A DNA stretch of 64,000 bases from Macrostomum lignano (taxonomy: Eukaryota): assembly GCA_002269645.1 (NCBI GenBank), contig NIVC01000283.1:124001-188000 (forward strand), in the 5' to 3' direction. Of the stretch, positions 12,301-24,113 are shown one piece after another. Position numbers and translations under genes: made by a program. Under the pieces are notes generated by a model. It did no database searches and was not told the origin of the DNA. It saw only the letters and a list, made by a program, of their open reading frames with translations. The stretch's first letter is position 1; each line of letters begins with the position of its first letter.

Positions 12301-15290
12301 AGGAGTCTCCGAGAGACTTTCGTTACACATCCAGATGTTCTGCCTTGATGCTGGACTAGCTCACTTTCTAGGAATCTGTTCTGATTGCATTCTAACAAAC
12401 TGAAGCATTCTCGGCACTAAACTTTCTCGGCGGCTCTGAGAGCCAGAGCCTCAAACAGACAGAGAAATCTGTTCGAGTTGTGTCTGTAGGTTAGGTGGAC
12501 CAGCTATTCTACAGCACTTCTAGGCGATAATCTGAGCCAGGAGTCTCCAAGAGACTTTCGTTACACATCCAGATGTTCTGCCTTGATGCTGGACTAGCTC
12601 ACTTTCTAGGAATCTGTTCTGATTGCATTCTAACAAACTGAAGCATTCTCGGCACTAAACTTTCTCGGCGGCTCTGAGAGCCAGAGCTTCAAACAGACAG
12701 AGAAATCTGTTCGAGTTGTGTCTGTAGGTTAGGTGGACCAGCTATTCTACAGCACTTCTAGGCGATAATCTGAGCCAGGAGTCTCCGAGAGACTTTCGTT
12801 ACACATCCAGATGTTCTGCCTTGATGCTGGACTAGCTCACTTTCTAGGAATCTGTTCTGATTGCATTCTAACAAACTGAAGCATTCTCGGCACTAAACTT
12901 TCTCGGCGGCTCTGAGAGCCAGAGCCTCAAACAGACAGAGAAATCTGTTCGAGTTGTGTCTGTAGGTTAGGTGGACCAGCTATTCTACAGCACTTCTAGG
13001 CGATAATCTGAGCCAGGAATCTCCGAGAGCCTCTCGTTACACATCCAGATGTTCTGCCTTGATGCTGGACTAGCTCACTTTCTAGGAATCTGTTCTGATT
13101 GCATTCTAACAAACTGAAGCATTCTCGGCACTAAACTTTCTCGGCGGCTCTGAGAGCCAGAGCCTCAAACAGACAGAGAAATCTGTTCGAGTTGTGTCTG
13201 TAGGTTAGGTGGACCAGCTACTCCACAGCACTTCTAGGCGATAATCTGAGCCAGGAATCTCCGAGAGCCTCTCGTTACACATCCAGATGTTCTACCTCGA
13301 TGCTGGACTAGCTCACTTTCTAGGAAAATGTTCTGATTGCATTCTAACAAACTGAAGCATTCTCGGCACTAAACTTTCTCGGCGGCTCTGAGAGCCAGAG
13401 CCTCAAACAGACAGAGAAATCTGTTCGAGTTGTGTCTGTAGGTTAGGTGGACCACCTTCTGAGAGCCAAAGCCTCAAACAGACTGAGAGAGCTGATTCAG
13501 TTGTGTCTGTAGGTTAGGTGGACCAGCTTCTCTACAGCAATTGAGTTGCAGGCCTTGCAGCTAGCTACTTTGAGATCATCAAACGAAACTCACTTTTCTG
13601 GACTCGGTGTCGACGGATTTGCGAGCAGACTGATGATTTTCACCAGGCGATGCGGCTTCTTCGATTTCGCAGTGGCTTTTTGCGACGGTGTTTTTTTAGT
13701 TTTTATTTTAGGCTTGGCGTCCTTTTTTGCGGGTCATCATATCTTGGTTGTAGATTACAGTTTTTGGCACAATAAATTTATATATGGATGAAACTTGGAG
13801 TAAGGATTAACATTAGACCTATTAAGTATAAAAAAACCGTTCTAATCTATACAATTGCAATCCTTTAGAGTTGTATAGTATGGATTATAAGTACTTTCTT
13901 TTAAACTGTCTGTGTCTGGTCTCACTACGCCATGGTTTACGTGGACCACCCGCTTAGACATTATATATCCCTCTCTCCACTGTCTTACCTTCAGAACGCT
14001 TGCGGGTTTCCTATTGGCTGCGGTCGGTCCCATTGTTGGGGTGGATCTATCCTCCTAAGTGTTAACCAGCCAATTATAGAAAGGGAGGTCTGTCTGTCCG
14101 TCTGTTCCAACCCTATACTCCTGCACATGTGTTTACGAGGACCAAACAGACAGTGAGTGTTAGGCTGACTGTTAATGCGTTCTTAGTTTTACTGGGACCG
14201 CAATCAAGTCGACCTTTTGCTAGAGAGTCAGAGACCCGATCGCTAGCTAAAAGGCCCTTCTTAATTGCGTCCTCTTGATCAAATCTTTTGCATGTACATG
14301 TATGAATTGTCCTTTTCAATTAGGTAAATTGCATCTTCAACTTTGCACTTGAAAGGCTGCAGCTTAGGATCTTCTTCTTCCAACATTGGAGGAGGATAGA
14401 ACAGGATATCCCATAGTGTTTAGGATAGAATTGGCAAGCACTTAATTCATGAAGTTGCTATTTTCTTCTTGTGTAATGGTAGAGCCTCAGAAATTCGCAT
14501 TTACACAGTGTGGCTATCAAGGACCACTGGGAGTTCTTGAGAAGTCATTGAAGAATACTATTTAAGCTTCACTTAAATATCTTTCTTGTCTCGGAGTCTT
14601 TATCGTTTGATCTGGTTAGCGAATTGGATTTCTTTACGTTGGTGTCTTACTCTGTGAGTCTGTGCTCAGAGTACGATACCGGAATTGCTGGAACTGAGCT
14701 AATTAAATGGAGTTTAAAGTTTACTGTATCAAATTCATTTCGCATACGAGGTTTCAGAATTTTTAATTAACCTGCGCACCTACTTGAATGTCAAAGAACT
14801 GAACGCATATTGTTTTAAAGCCAGTAGCGGTCATAATATGATGCCAACATAGCCCTTTGTTCGTAAGGTAATGATCTGTAAAAAATTCAGTTTTGCATCG
14901 AATCTATGCTTAATAACTGCTATACACAAACAGACACAAACAGACACAAACAGACACAAACAGACACAAACAGACGATTTTCGAAAAATTTTCTAAAATT
15001 TTTCGGTTTACGTGGACCAGACTCGCTCGGTTTAGGTAGACCAGGCTGGAGGTCCAGCTAAACTGAAATGCAAATAACTTTGGAAAAATCCATGCTAGAC
15101 ATCCCAAAATTGCTTAAGCCTTTCTTGACCCGCCTGACATTAATGTGAGATCCTCATCAACGTCTTAACCCCACCAGAGACAAAATTATTTGGTGGTCCA
15201 CCTAAGTGGTCTACCTACACCGGTTGGTCCAGCTAACGAGGCTACTGAACTTCCAAAAAGTCCACGTAAACACACAGACAGTAGAACAGT
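6311..15290. mobile_element. Putative non-autonomous TIR DNA transposon (~9 kb) inserted in an (ACAG)n tract
   Basis: Left end: ACTCTTACGACTGTCTGTGTGTTTAGCGGGACC. Reverse complement of right end: ACTGTTCTACTGTCTGTGTGTTTACGTGGACT. GTGGACC-type motifs run in + orientation internally and are inverted at 15190-15265. (ACAG)n continues on both sides. No intact transposase seen. Confidence 0.6.
7340..13530. repeat. Satellite of 22 x 238-bp units with interspersed 138-bp blocks (higher-order repeat)
   Basis: Unit period is 238 (8461, 8699, 8937). The short-block marker CCACCTTCTGAG lies at 7459, 8141, 9707, 10797, 11885 and 13452. These spacings equal n x 238 + 138 to within a few bp; the first block carries an extra 68-bp short unit. 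Confidence 0.93.
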
Positions 15291-15307
15291 CAGACAGACA
15301 GACAGTC

Positions 15308-15403
<96 letters not shown>

Positions 15404-15459
15404 GGACAGACAGACAGTCAGACAGACAGACAGTCAGACAGACAGACAGACAGACAGGC

Positions 15460-15540
<81 letters not shown>

Positions 15541-15543
15541 GTC

Positions 15544-15584
<41 letters not shown>

Positions 15585-15623
15585 GGCAGTCAGACAGACA
15601 GACAGACAGACAGACAGACAGTC

Positions 15624-15660
<37 letters not shown>

Positions 15661-15663
15661 GTC

Positions 15664-15700
<37 letters not shown>

Positions 15701-15801
15701 GGCAGACAGGCAGACAGACAGACAGACAGACAGACAGACAGGCAGGCAGACAGGCAGACAGACAGACAGACAGACAGACAGACAGGCAGACAGACAGACA
15801 C

Positions 15802-15836
<35 letters not shown>

Positions 15837-15913
15837 GTCAGTCAGTCAGTCAGTCAGTCAGACAGTCAGTCAGTCAGTCAGTCAGTCAGTCAGTCAGTCA
15901 GTCAGTCAGTCAG
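15291..15913. repeat. (ACAG)n grading into (AGTC)n microsatellite
   Basis: Direct reading. It abuts and overlaps the stop codon of the second CDA. Confidence 0.97.
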
Positions 15914-16367
15914 CTGCACTTCGGTCCTGAGCCAGGATGCTGGGCCGGAACGCCGCAGGCAGGTAGTCACCCAGGCGCACCAGCTGGCAGTCCCGGTCCT
16001 TGTAGCGGACCAAGTAGATGGGGAACTGGTCGCCGCAGAACTCCGCCACCACCTGCCGGCAGGAGCCGCACATTCTCGGATGATCGTCGCCCTGAATCGC
16101 GATGGTCACCGCCAGGGCCAGGAATCTCCGGTGGCCTTCCGACACCGCCTTGACAATGGCGGTCTTCTCGGCGCAGCAGCCGTCGGGATAGGTGCAATTC
16201 TCCACGTTGCAGCCCGGGATGATGACCGGCTCCGGCGAGTCTGTGAGCAGCGCCGCTCCGACTCGATAGCCGCTGTAGGGCGAATACGAGAACTCGGCAG
16301 CTTTGACGCAGGCTGCCACCAGGGCCTCCAGCTGGCTCTCGCTGATGGCGTTTCCTTGCTGTTGCAT
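15906..16367 (-). CDS. CDA: Cytidine deaminase, intronless paralog, 153 aa
   Basis: Motifs YSPYSGYRVGAALL, GCNVENCTY...CCAEKTA, MCGSCRQVVAEF and YLPAAF are typical of tetrameric CDA. Confidence 0.93.
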   Translation of the reverse strand: MQQQGNAISESQLEALVAACVKAAEFSYSPYSGYRVGAALLTDSPEPVIIPGCNVENCTYPDGCCAEKTAIVKAVSEGHRRFLALAVTIAIQGDDHPRMCGSCRQVVAEFCGDQFPIYLVRYKDRDCQLVRLGDYLPAAFRPSILAQDRSAAD

Positions 16368-16764
16368 CTCTTACAGTTCGTGAAGCTTGAATTTATTTTG
16401 CCAACAGAGTAACAACTGGTATGTGCAATATGAGCGACCTTGAAGACTCTGTAATGGAGCGACAATGTAAACACAGACAGATTTTCAGTTGTGCACCTTC
16501 TTAAATTTAGTATGTCACGTGCTATTCTAGGCTTCATTCGTGCATACAAAATCTCTCTACATGCTATTAAACTGAGCTCTCGTCTCTTAGGTCTGTCACT
16601 CTTCGCTCTTTCTCTCCTATCTCTCTTGTCAGTTGCCGTGCATTTCGTTTGGCAAATCTTAGAATAGTGAGTAATGCTGCCTGGTCTTTCTGTCTTGGTA
16701 TGCCGTTGAATTGTGTAAAACAATTTTGCAAGCAACCGAAATTAAGATTTATGATTTAAAACTG

Positions 16765-18098
16765 TCAGAACAGGTTCATATGGTTGTCATGAACACCAGC
16801 ACTACCAGAATCGGTTCATATGGTTGTCATGGAGACCAGCACTGTCAGAACCGGTTCATATGGTTGTCATGGAGACCAGCACTGTCAGAACCGGTTCATA
16901 TGGTTGTCATAGAGACCAACACTATCAGAACCGGTTCATATGGTTGTCATGGAGACCAGCACTGTCAGAACCGGTTCATATGGTTGTCATGGAGACCAGC
17001 ACTGTCAGAACCGGTTCATATGGTTGTCATAGAGACCAACACTATCAGAACTGGTTCATATGGTTGTCATGGAGACCAACACTATCAGAACTGGTTCATA
17101 TGGTTGTCATGGAGACCAACACTATCAGAACAGGTTCATATGGTTGTCATTTGAAGACCAACACTATCAGAACTGGTTCATATGATTGTCATGGAGACCA
17201 ACACTATCAGAACTGGTTCATATGGTTGTCATGGAGACCAACACTATCAGAACTGGTTCATATGGTTGTCATGGAGACCAACACTGTCAGAACTGGTTCA
17301 TATGGTTGTCATATAAAGACCAACATTGTCAGAACTGGTTCATATGGTTGTCATGAAGACCAACATTGTCAGAACTGGTTCATATGGTTGTCATATGAAG
17401 ACCAACATTGTCAGAACTGGTTCATATGGTTGTCATATGAAGACCAACATTGTCAGAACTGGTTCATATGGTTGTCATATGAAGACCAACACTGTCAGAA
17501 CTGGTTCATATGGTTGTCATATGAAGACCAACACTGTCAGAACTGGTTCATACGGTTGTCATATGAAGACCAACACTGTCAGAACTGGTTCATACGGTTG
17601 TCATATGAAGACCAACACTGTCAGAACTGGTTCATACGGTTGTCATATGAAGACCAACACTGTCAGAACTGGTTCATACGGTTGTCATATGAAGACCAAC
17701 ACTGTCAGAACTGGTTCATACGGTTCTCATATGAAGACCAACACTGTCAGAACTGGTTCATACGGTTGTCATATGAAGACCAACACTGTCAGAACTGGTT
17801 CATCTGGTTGTCGTATGAAGACCAACACTGTCAGAACTGGTTCATCTGGTTGTCGTATGAAGACCAACACTGTCAGAACTGGTTCATCTGGTTTTCGTAT
17901 GAAGACCAACACTGTCAGAACTGGTTCATCTGGTTTTCGTATGAAGACCAACACTGTCAGAACTGGTTCATATGGTTGTCGTATGAAGACCAACACTGTC
18001 AGAACTGGTTCATATGGTTGTCGTATGAAGACCAACACTGTCAGAACTGGTTCATACGGTTGTCATATGAAGACCAACATTGTCAGAACTGGTTCACA
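16765..18098. repeat. 40/42-bp minisatellite (CATATGGTTGTCATGGAGACCAACACTGTCAGAACCGGTT)
   Basis: Period is 40 (16821, 16861), shifting to a 42-bp variant after about 17380. The array resumes at 19398-19655. Confidence 0.93.
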
Positions 18099-18150
18099 TG
18101 TGAAGTACCTGTGGTTCTCGGGTTGTTGATCGGGCAGTCTCGGGCTCCGG

Positions 18151-19397
18151 CCGCTGCCACCAATGTTGTACAGGCTTCTAGCTTAGGGTCCTCAGGCCCT
18201 CTCTCTTAGAAACCGGTCTTCGTAGTGTAGGTAGTGCTGCCACCAGAGTCTTGGAGTCGCAGCTTTCGGTGAGGCGCTGATCTGTGATTTCGTAGAAGCA
18301 AATAAATAAGACAGAGAGACTGGCACTTCGTGCAGATTTTGACAGTTCTCGATCGTAAGCGTCCGACGTCAGCAGTTCCTGCCGGGCTAGTTCCGGGTAG
18401 GAAAAATGGTGCTAGTTCCTGATGGGCTTAGCAGTGTTGTTGGCAGATAGCAGTCACAATAGGATCAGCAGTCACACTAACACACTTGGACTTAGAAAAC
18501 TTCTGAGGGCTGAGGACCCGGGAGATTTGAAACTCTGCAACTTAAACGGGAAGCGAAGGGCCTTGTCCCGCCAAGGCGGGAGGAGGGGGCTGAATATATG
18601 GGGTGGAAATCCTGTACCCCATAATAACAAGACCCCCCGTTGCGCGCAATCGATGGATTTGTTGCTATTTTTAGCAACGGGCGCACGGGTTTGTCTCAGA
18701 GGAGACAAGGCTCTCGGTGCACGTGATTTCCCCCACAAACACGTGCCCAGCGTACAATGATGAAATATTTGGACTGAGGCGGGCCAGGCTGAGGAGGGGA
18801 GAAGGCCCACTACACTGTACATGTGGTGAAGCCACCAGTGACCTTGAGACCTGAAAACGGAGAGCAAAAAAGGGACGGGCGAAACCGAAAACAAAAACGG
18901 AGGCAAGACAGACCAAGCAGTCTGGAGTCTGGACACTGCAAACGAGAGCACGAGACAAGGGGGCAAACGAGGACAGAATGGGGGCAAACGAGGACAGAAT
19001 GGGGGCAAACGAGGACAGAATGGGGGCAAACGAGGACAGAATGGGGGCAAACGAGGACAGAATGGGGGCAAACGAGGACAGAATGGGGGCAAACGAGGAC
19101 AGAATGGGGGCAAACGAGGACAGAATGGGGGCAAACGAGGACAGAATGGGGGCAAACGAGGACAGAATGGGGGCAAACGAGGACAGAATGGGGGCAAACG
19201 AGGACAGAATGGGGGCAAACGAGGACAGAATGGGGGCAAACGAGGACAGAATGGGGGCAAACGAGGACAGAATGGGGGCAAACGAGGACAGAATGGGGGC
19301 AAAAGGACAGAAAGGCGGACCACCCCAGCAACTGCTCAGCGGCAGACAGAAGCTCATGGCGAGGGCGAGGGAAGCTGCTGACTAGCGACTCACTACA
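18151..19397 (-). mobile_element. LTR-like remnant (~1.23 kb, TGT...ACA) with tRNA-Leu-type PBS, inserted in the minisatellite
   Basis: On the minus strand it begins TGTAGTGAG (19397) and ends GTACAACA (18164). TGGTGGCAGCGG follows (18162-18151), complementary to the 3' end of tRNA-Leu. No coding region and no clean TSD. Confidence 0.5.
18958..19310. repeat. 21-bp tandem repeat (GGGCAAACGAGGACAGAATGG) inside the LTR-like remnant
   Basis: About 17 near-perfect copies. Confidence 0.95.
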
Positions 19398-19655
19398 TAC
19401 ATATGGTTGTCATGGAGACCAACAATGTCAGAACCGGTTCATATATGGTTGTCATGGAGACCAACAATGTCAGAACCGGTTCATATATGGTTGTCATGGA
19501 GACCAACACTGTCAGAACCGGTTCATATGGTTGTCATGGAGACCAACACTGTCAGAACCGGTTCATATGGTTGTCATGGAGACCAACACTGTCAGAACCG
19601 GTTCATATATGGTTGTCATGGAGACCAACAATATCAGAATCGGTTCATATGCAAG
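19398..19655. repeat. Continuation of the 40/42-bp minisatellite
   Basis: Same unit as 16765-18098. Confidence 0.9.
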
Positions 19656-19759
19656 ACAACACAGTAAGTCTAATGACTTATTCCTGCCGCTTTGCCGCCG
19701 TAATGAGACAGCACTAAAAGTGCATGCCTGTTGGATGGGTTTGTATGTTTTCAGAAACT

Positions 19760-20130
19760 GACTGATTGATATAGGCACAACGTTGTTTATCCGTCAGCAG
19801 CGTATAGTTGCTATGCTATAACGACGTCCTTCAACATCGAGTACGTCGAGTACGTAGAGGGTGCATGATTTCTGCGACATTTCTAAAGGACCAGTCTACT
19901 AGACTACTAAGAGTTATACAACGAAACACTCCATGATTTTGGATACTCAAAATGCAGTATGCCCCAGCTGGATTATCTCGCTGATGATGGGGGGCTGGTA
20001 CAGCTTTCAGATAGATCCATTTTGTTTTGGAAAACAAGCCAAGTGACTCTTTCCAGACGCCCTGTGACGTCCAGGTGTCTATAGAACAGCTCAGCGCCAA
20101 TAAATCATAATGGAAGGTAACAACTTTACT
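19760..20130 (-). pseudogene. Possible degenerate hAT-family transposase fragment
   Basis: Minus-strand peptides SIDTWTS, NVAEI and LLTD loosely resemble hAT motifs (xxDxWTS, NIAE, VTDN). The frame is broken. Confidence 0.25.
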
Positions 20131-20797
20131 GGTAAGGGGCAAACTAGGAATGTCAAAATCCTACATTTTTTGAGCCAAAAAAATTTACACAGCTTCGATG
20201 GTAATAAATTATAGACTACCAGTGGTTATAAAATATAAAATATGTCTGAGGATCACTTTCTTTGACTATTTGGCATCAAAAGCGATAGGTAAAGGATTTT
20301 AAATCAAAGTTGGCCCAGTTTCTGGATGCGTAAAAGACTCGGACTCAGTGATTAATAGATCGTCAAAAGAAAGTGAACTATGATCTTTAATAAATGTTCA
20401 ATATATATATTTTGTTTCTTTCAAACTGTATGACATATTTTATATTACGTCGTGATCTAAAAACCGACAACAGAAAATCAGTATGTTTGGGTTTAGGGTT
20501 TTGAATTGGTTTAGTATTATCGAGAGATCGGTTTTACATGCGTTTTTAGGAATTGGATATAATAGTAGTTAGTACATTAAATCTGGGATTCTAAAATATT
20601 GTAGAAAGAAACAACTCAATACTTAGTCATCCAAAGCCATGACTTGGATAGGTTTTTTAATTATTGTCATTAATAGATCGGCCTTTAATTTTGTTTCCCG
20701 TCCCTAGCATTGAGTAGTTCACTGACAAGACGTAAACGAACTATCACACAGAAAGTACACTCATTTTTAGTTAACGATTGTCTCCAGCTACGCGACA

Positions 20798-21958
20798 TTA
20801 AGCCAGGTGGATCATCATCCGAATGCTCTTCAGCGCAGTACTATGCTGGGCTGCGGTGCCACCCCAGTGCATGGTTGAAGGATGAACCACCGCAGAGTTT
20901 TGATAGACCCCGTTCGGATTGTAATTTCCGCAGTGATTGAACCACCAGCCTGAGTTTCCGCGGCCATTGGAACAAAAGCCAGAAGAGCTCATATCGTTGT
21001 CGCGGTCCATAGTGGAGAACTGCATTCCCTTCATATTGGTAAACGAATCGCCAGTCGTGTTGGAGCTGTCACTCAGGTACGAAGTGTAGGTCATTCTGTA
21101 GTCTGTGCTGGCATCGGCTACAGAGAAGCCGGAGTACTCGCTGACGTAGAGCTCATCCGACCAGGTGACCGCCTCAACTCGTAGAAGCTTCGGTGAGCTA
21201 CCAGTCAGCTCGTGGATTGTGCGAAGACCTAAAATTACAGTTGCTTTTGTTACTGCCGTATACCGTTCTTCCGTACATAGCATCTCATTAAAATAATTAA
21301 CTCTGCTCACCGATCCAGAAGTCTGTCTCATCTCCAAATCCGTCCTCATACTGAGTCCATCCCCTGGCAAAGCTGAGCTCGCCCTTCGATCTGTGCTGGA
21401 TCACTTGGAATTTCTTGCCGTCAATCACAACCAGCTTTTCTGAAATAGTAGCAAAATTTGATGCTGGATGTAAATATGTTCAGTGTAATTTTTTATGCCT
21501 TTAATTAATACAAGCCACAGTTTATTCGAGTAGTTGTTTAAATCACATTAAATTTCTCACAACTCACTATCGCTATCGATGCTCTTTCGATAAACCAAGC
21601 CGCTAGGAGCGACGGATGCGAAGTCGGCATTCTGCGCCTCCGTGAGCAGGCAGAGCTTACTCTCAGGGACAAAGGCAAAGGCGGAGCAGTATTGCATATG
21701 CGGGGGCTCGCATTTCATCGCGCAGTCGGCAACGCTTCGACCAGGCTCTGACGTCATCGAAGCAACTATGGTTGGCGAAGCCTCGGCAGCCGAGAGCACT
21801 GAAATATGAAAACAAATTGTCTTCCAATTTTTCACGCATCAAGTAGGCTTTCAGCAAGCAAGTTTTACAATAGACCTACCCGACTGTGACCTGGTGGCAG
21901 TCAGAATCGGAGACACGCAGTTCAAGAGAACTGCAGCAGCAATAGGAAAAGCAGACAT
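20798..21958 (-). CDS. Secreted PAN/apple + fibrinogen C-terminal domain protein (FReD). Exons 21958-21880, 21798-21568, 21439-21311, 21228-20798
   Basis: Signal-like MSAFPIAAAVLLNCVSPILTA. PAN-type SVADCAMKC...YCSAFAF...LCLL. FReD motifs VIQHR, FARGWTQYEDGFG, FWIGL, FSTMDRDND, GWWFNHC and NPNG. All three introns are GT-AG and phase 1. Confidence 0.9.
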
Positions 21959-23583
21959 GTTGCAGAAGAAAGCTACCAAAAGCACGCGTGAAGACTTTCT
22001 ATTTCTGGGTTGACTTAAGTTGGCATTCTTATTTGCAACAGAAAGCCTGCTACAGCGGCGCTAATTAGTTGAAAACTGCATGCTGCTTGAGTCGATGCGT
22101 TGCTAAGCAAGAATTCTAAAAAACATCCTCATCATCATCCCTCCCTCGGCTCCGCGCCCCTTTTGTCCATGACGAGCCCTTGGTTGAGGGATTCCGAAAG
22201 CAAATGCCAATCAAGCAAACTAACGACAGACTTTTCAGACCGCATGACAGGTGAAGATGCCTTCACTAGTTTAGAACGTGTTGTTAAATGTCTCTAGGGC
22301 CTCACCAGCTCATCCGCATTAACTAACAAGGTTGGCTTCCATTCAAAGACTGAAGCATACTCAAGAGATTCAGAGAGCAGTTGCATGTAGATCTGGATGG
22401 ATGCCAATTAAAGAAACTACCATAAATGCATCGACTTTTGGAGACCTAGCTAAGCCCATTTTGGCAAATACAATGCCCATGCAGTCAACTCACTACAATG
22501 AATCCTTGCAACTTTCGGATTCTTGTCTTTTTTGTTGGCTTTTCAAACGCAGTAGTGTAGCTGATCGAGTATATTTCTTAGTCAACGAGCAAAAGGGGAA
22601 AGTTAAGAGAAGATGGTGCCAGAGGCTGATTTAATCACTTTAGTTTTAGGCATAGACAAACTTATACAGTATCTTTCTAGAAAGTTCTAAGACTTGGGAA
22701 ATCTAACGAGAGTTACTATAAATAGCATAGATACAATTTACATTACTTTTTCAACATTTTTCTATATGCAACGCCATTAATTGGAGATTCAAACGGAGCG
22801 GCGATGCAAGTAAAGGCGTGGTCTCTTTGCTGGAATGCTGAATAAAATGGAATGCTTTTAATGATGCCCCGTATAAGGATGCCTTAAAACCGACGGCTGA
22901 TTTTAAGCGTAGAAATATCATTGTCGGCTGATTTTCCATGCAGGAATGGCATTGTACCATGACCTTTGTGCCCGCTGGGCACTTATTCTTGCCTTTTAAT
23001 GACATAAACTACATTTAAGCCCGCTTGCAGGAGTCACACTTACTTTAATGCAAATTAGCGGGCAGTTAATGACATTTAACGCCCTTAAAGCATGGGTATT
23101 AATGTGCTATTATTGCACTCCTTTGCGTGCAGGAATGGATGTCTATGGTAAAATCTCCCTGAAAAAAGCCTTAGGCGCAGAAATGCATTCCTGCACGGTT
23201 TTGTGCATTCCTGCACGATGAATAATCCGACAATGGGATTCCTTCACGTTCACTCGTGCGTGAAAGACATCATGAACTCTTTCGCTAGCCGCCGAAATCT
23301 TCCCTCCATGGTTTATATATGATCTTTGATCGTAATTAGTGCTCCTACTTGATTTTCAGTTCTATGAAAAGTGAACTCGATAAGATTTTATACTTTTCAA
23401 GACAAGACACTCTGCAAAAAAGGGTTTAATTTTATAGTTTAACAAACAAAAAAACCAGCTTATTAAAATAGCTCGTACTTATATCTTTAGGAGTATTTAT
23501 TATATAAAGAGAGACCAGCTGAAGATTTCCAGCAGTTGAGCTTTGGCCAGCTACGTTAGATAAATTCGCAACAGGTTCTTCAT

Positions 23584-24107
23584 TGTGACGTTGGTGGTTC
23601 TTTTATTCTCCCAGTTCGTCGATTAATATCTACTAAAAAGTATTTAATATGTACTTTATTTATATCAATTGGTTTCACTTTTATGTTTATTGAAACTAGT
23701 AAGCAATGCTTTGTTTTACTGCATTAAATAGTTATATTTAACATTTTGAATTCTGTGGCTTCGGAGAAGACTGAGCGTGGTGTGCGGCTGCTGTTCCTAT
23801 CGCCAGTCATTTGATTTTAGTAAACACTGATTGATTTTAGTAAACACTGAAAAAAACAGTAGTTCAAGATCGCTCTCAATTTAGTAGTGTTACCCACTAA
23901 GGTCATCTTCGAAGCCATTCCATTGACACTGCAATTGTTCGTTACCAGTTAGCATCAGCAATAACCACTACATGTGTAACCTGCAAATATACATAATCCG
24001 TAATCGAATTATCGGCGCCGTCAGTTATCGTCACCACTAACTGTGTGTTTACTCACTACTTTAATAGCAGCCCGTCAGCACGCGAACTCGGACCAGATAT
24101 CGTCACA
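23584..24107 (+). repeat. 5' LTR
   Basis: No difference from 31896-32419 found by eye. Confidence 0.96.
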
Positions 24108-24113
24108 TAATTT

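Noticed and set aside
7340-13530. CRISPR-like look of regularly spaced repeats
   Set aside because: Whole units repeat with no unique spacers, there are no cas genes, and the context is eukaryotic. It is a satellite.
2569-16367. The deaminases as AID/APOBEC-like mutators diversifying the nearby lectin genes
   Set aside because: Their motifs (APYS, VGAALL, NxEN, CAE, LPxAF) are those of free-nucleoside CDAs. Differences among the lectin paralogs are block-wise rather than C-to-T biased by eye. Proximity alone is not evidence.
16711-19761. Long His/Cys/Trp-rich ORFs (YEDQHCQNWFIRLS repeats, RTEWGQT repeats)
   Set aside because: Minisatellite translations, open in multiple frames, with no unique domain.
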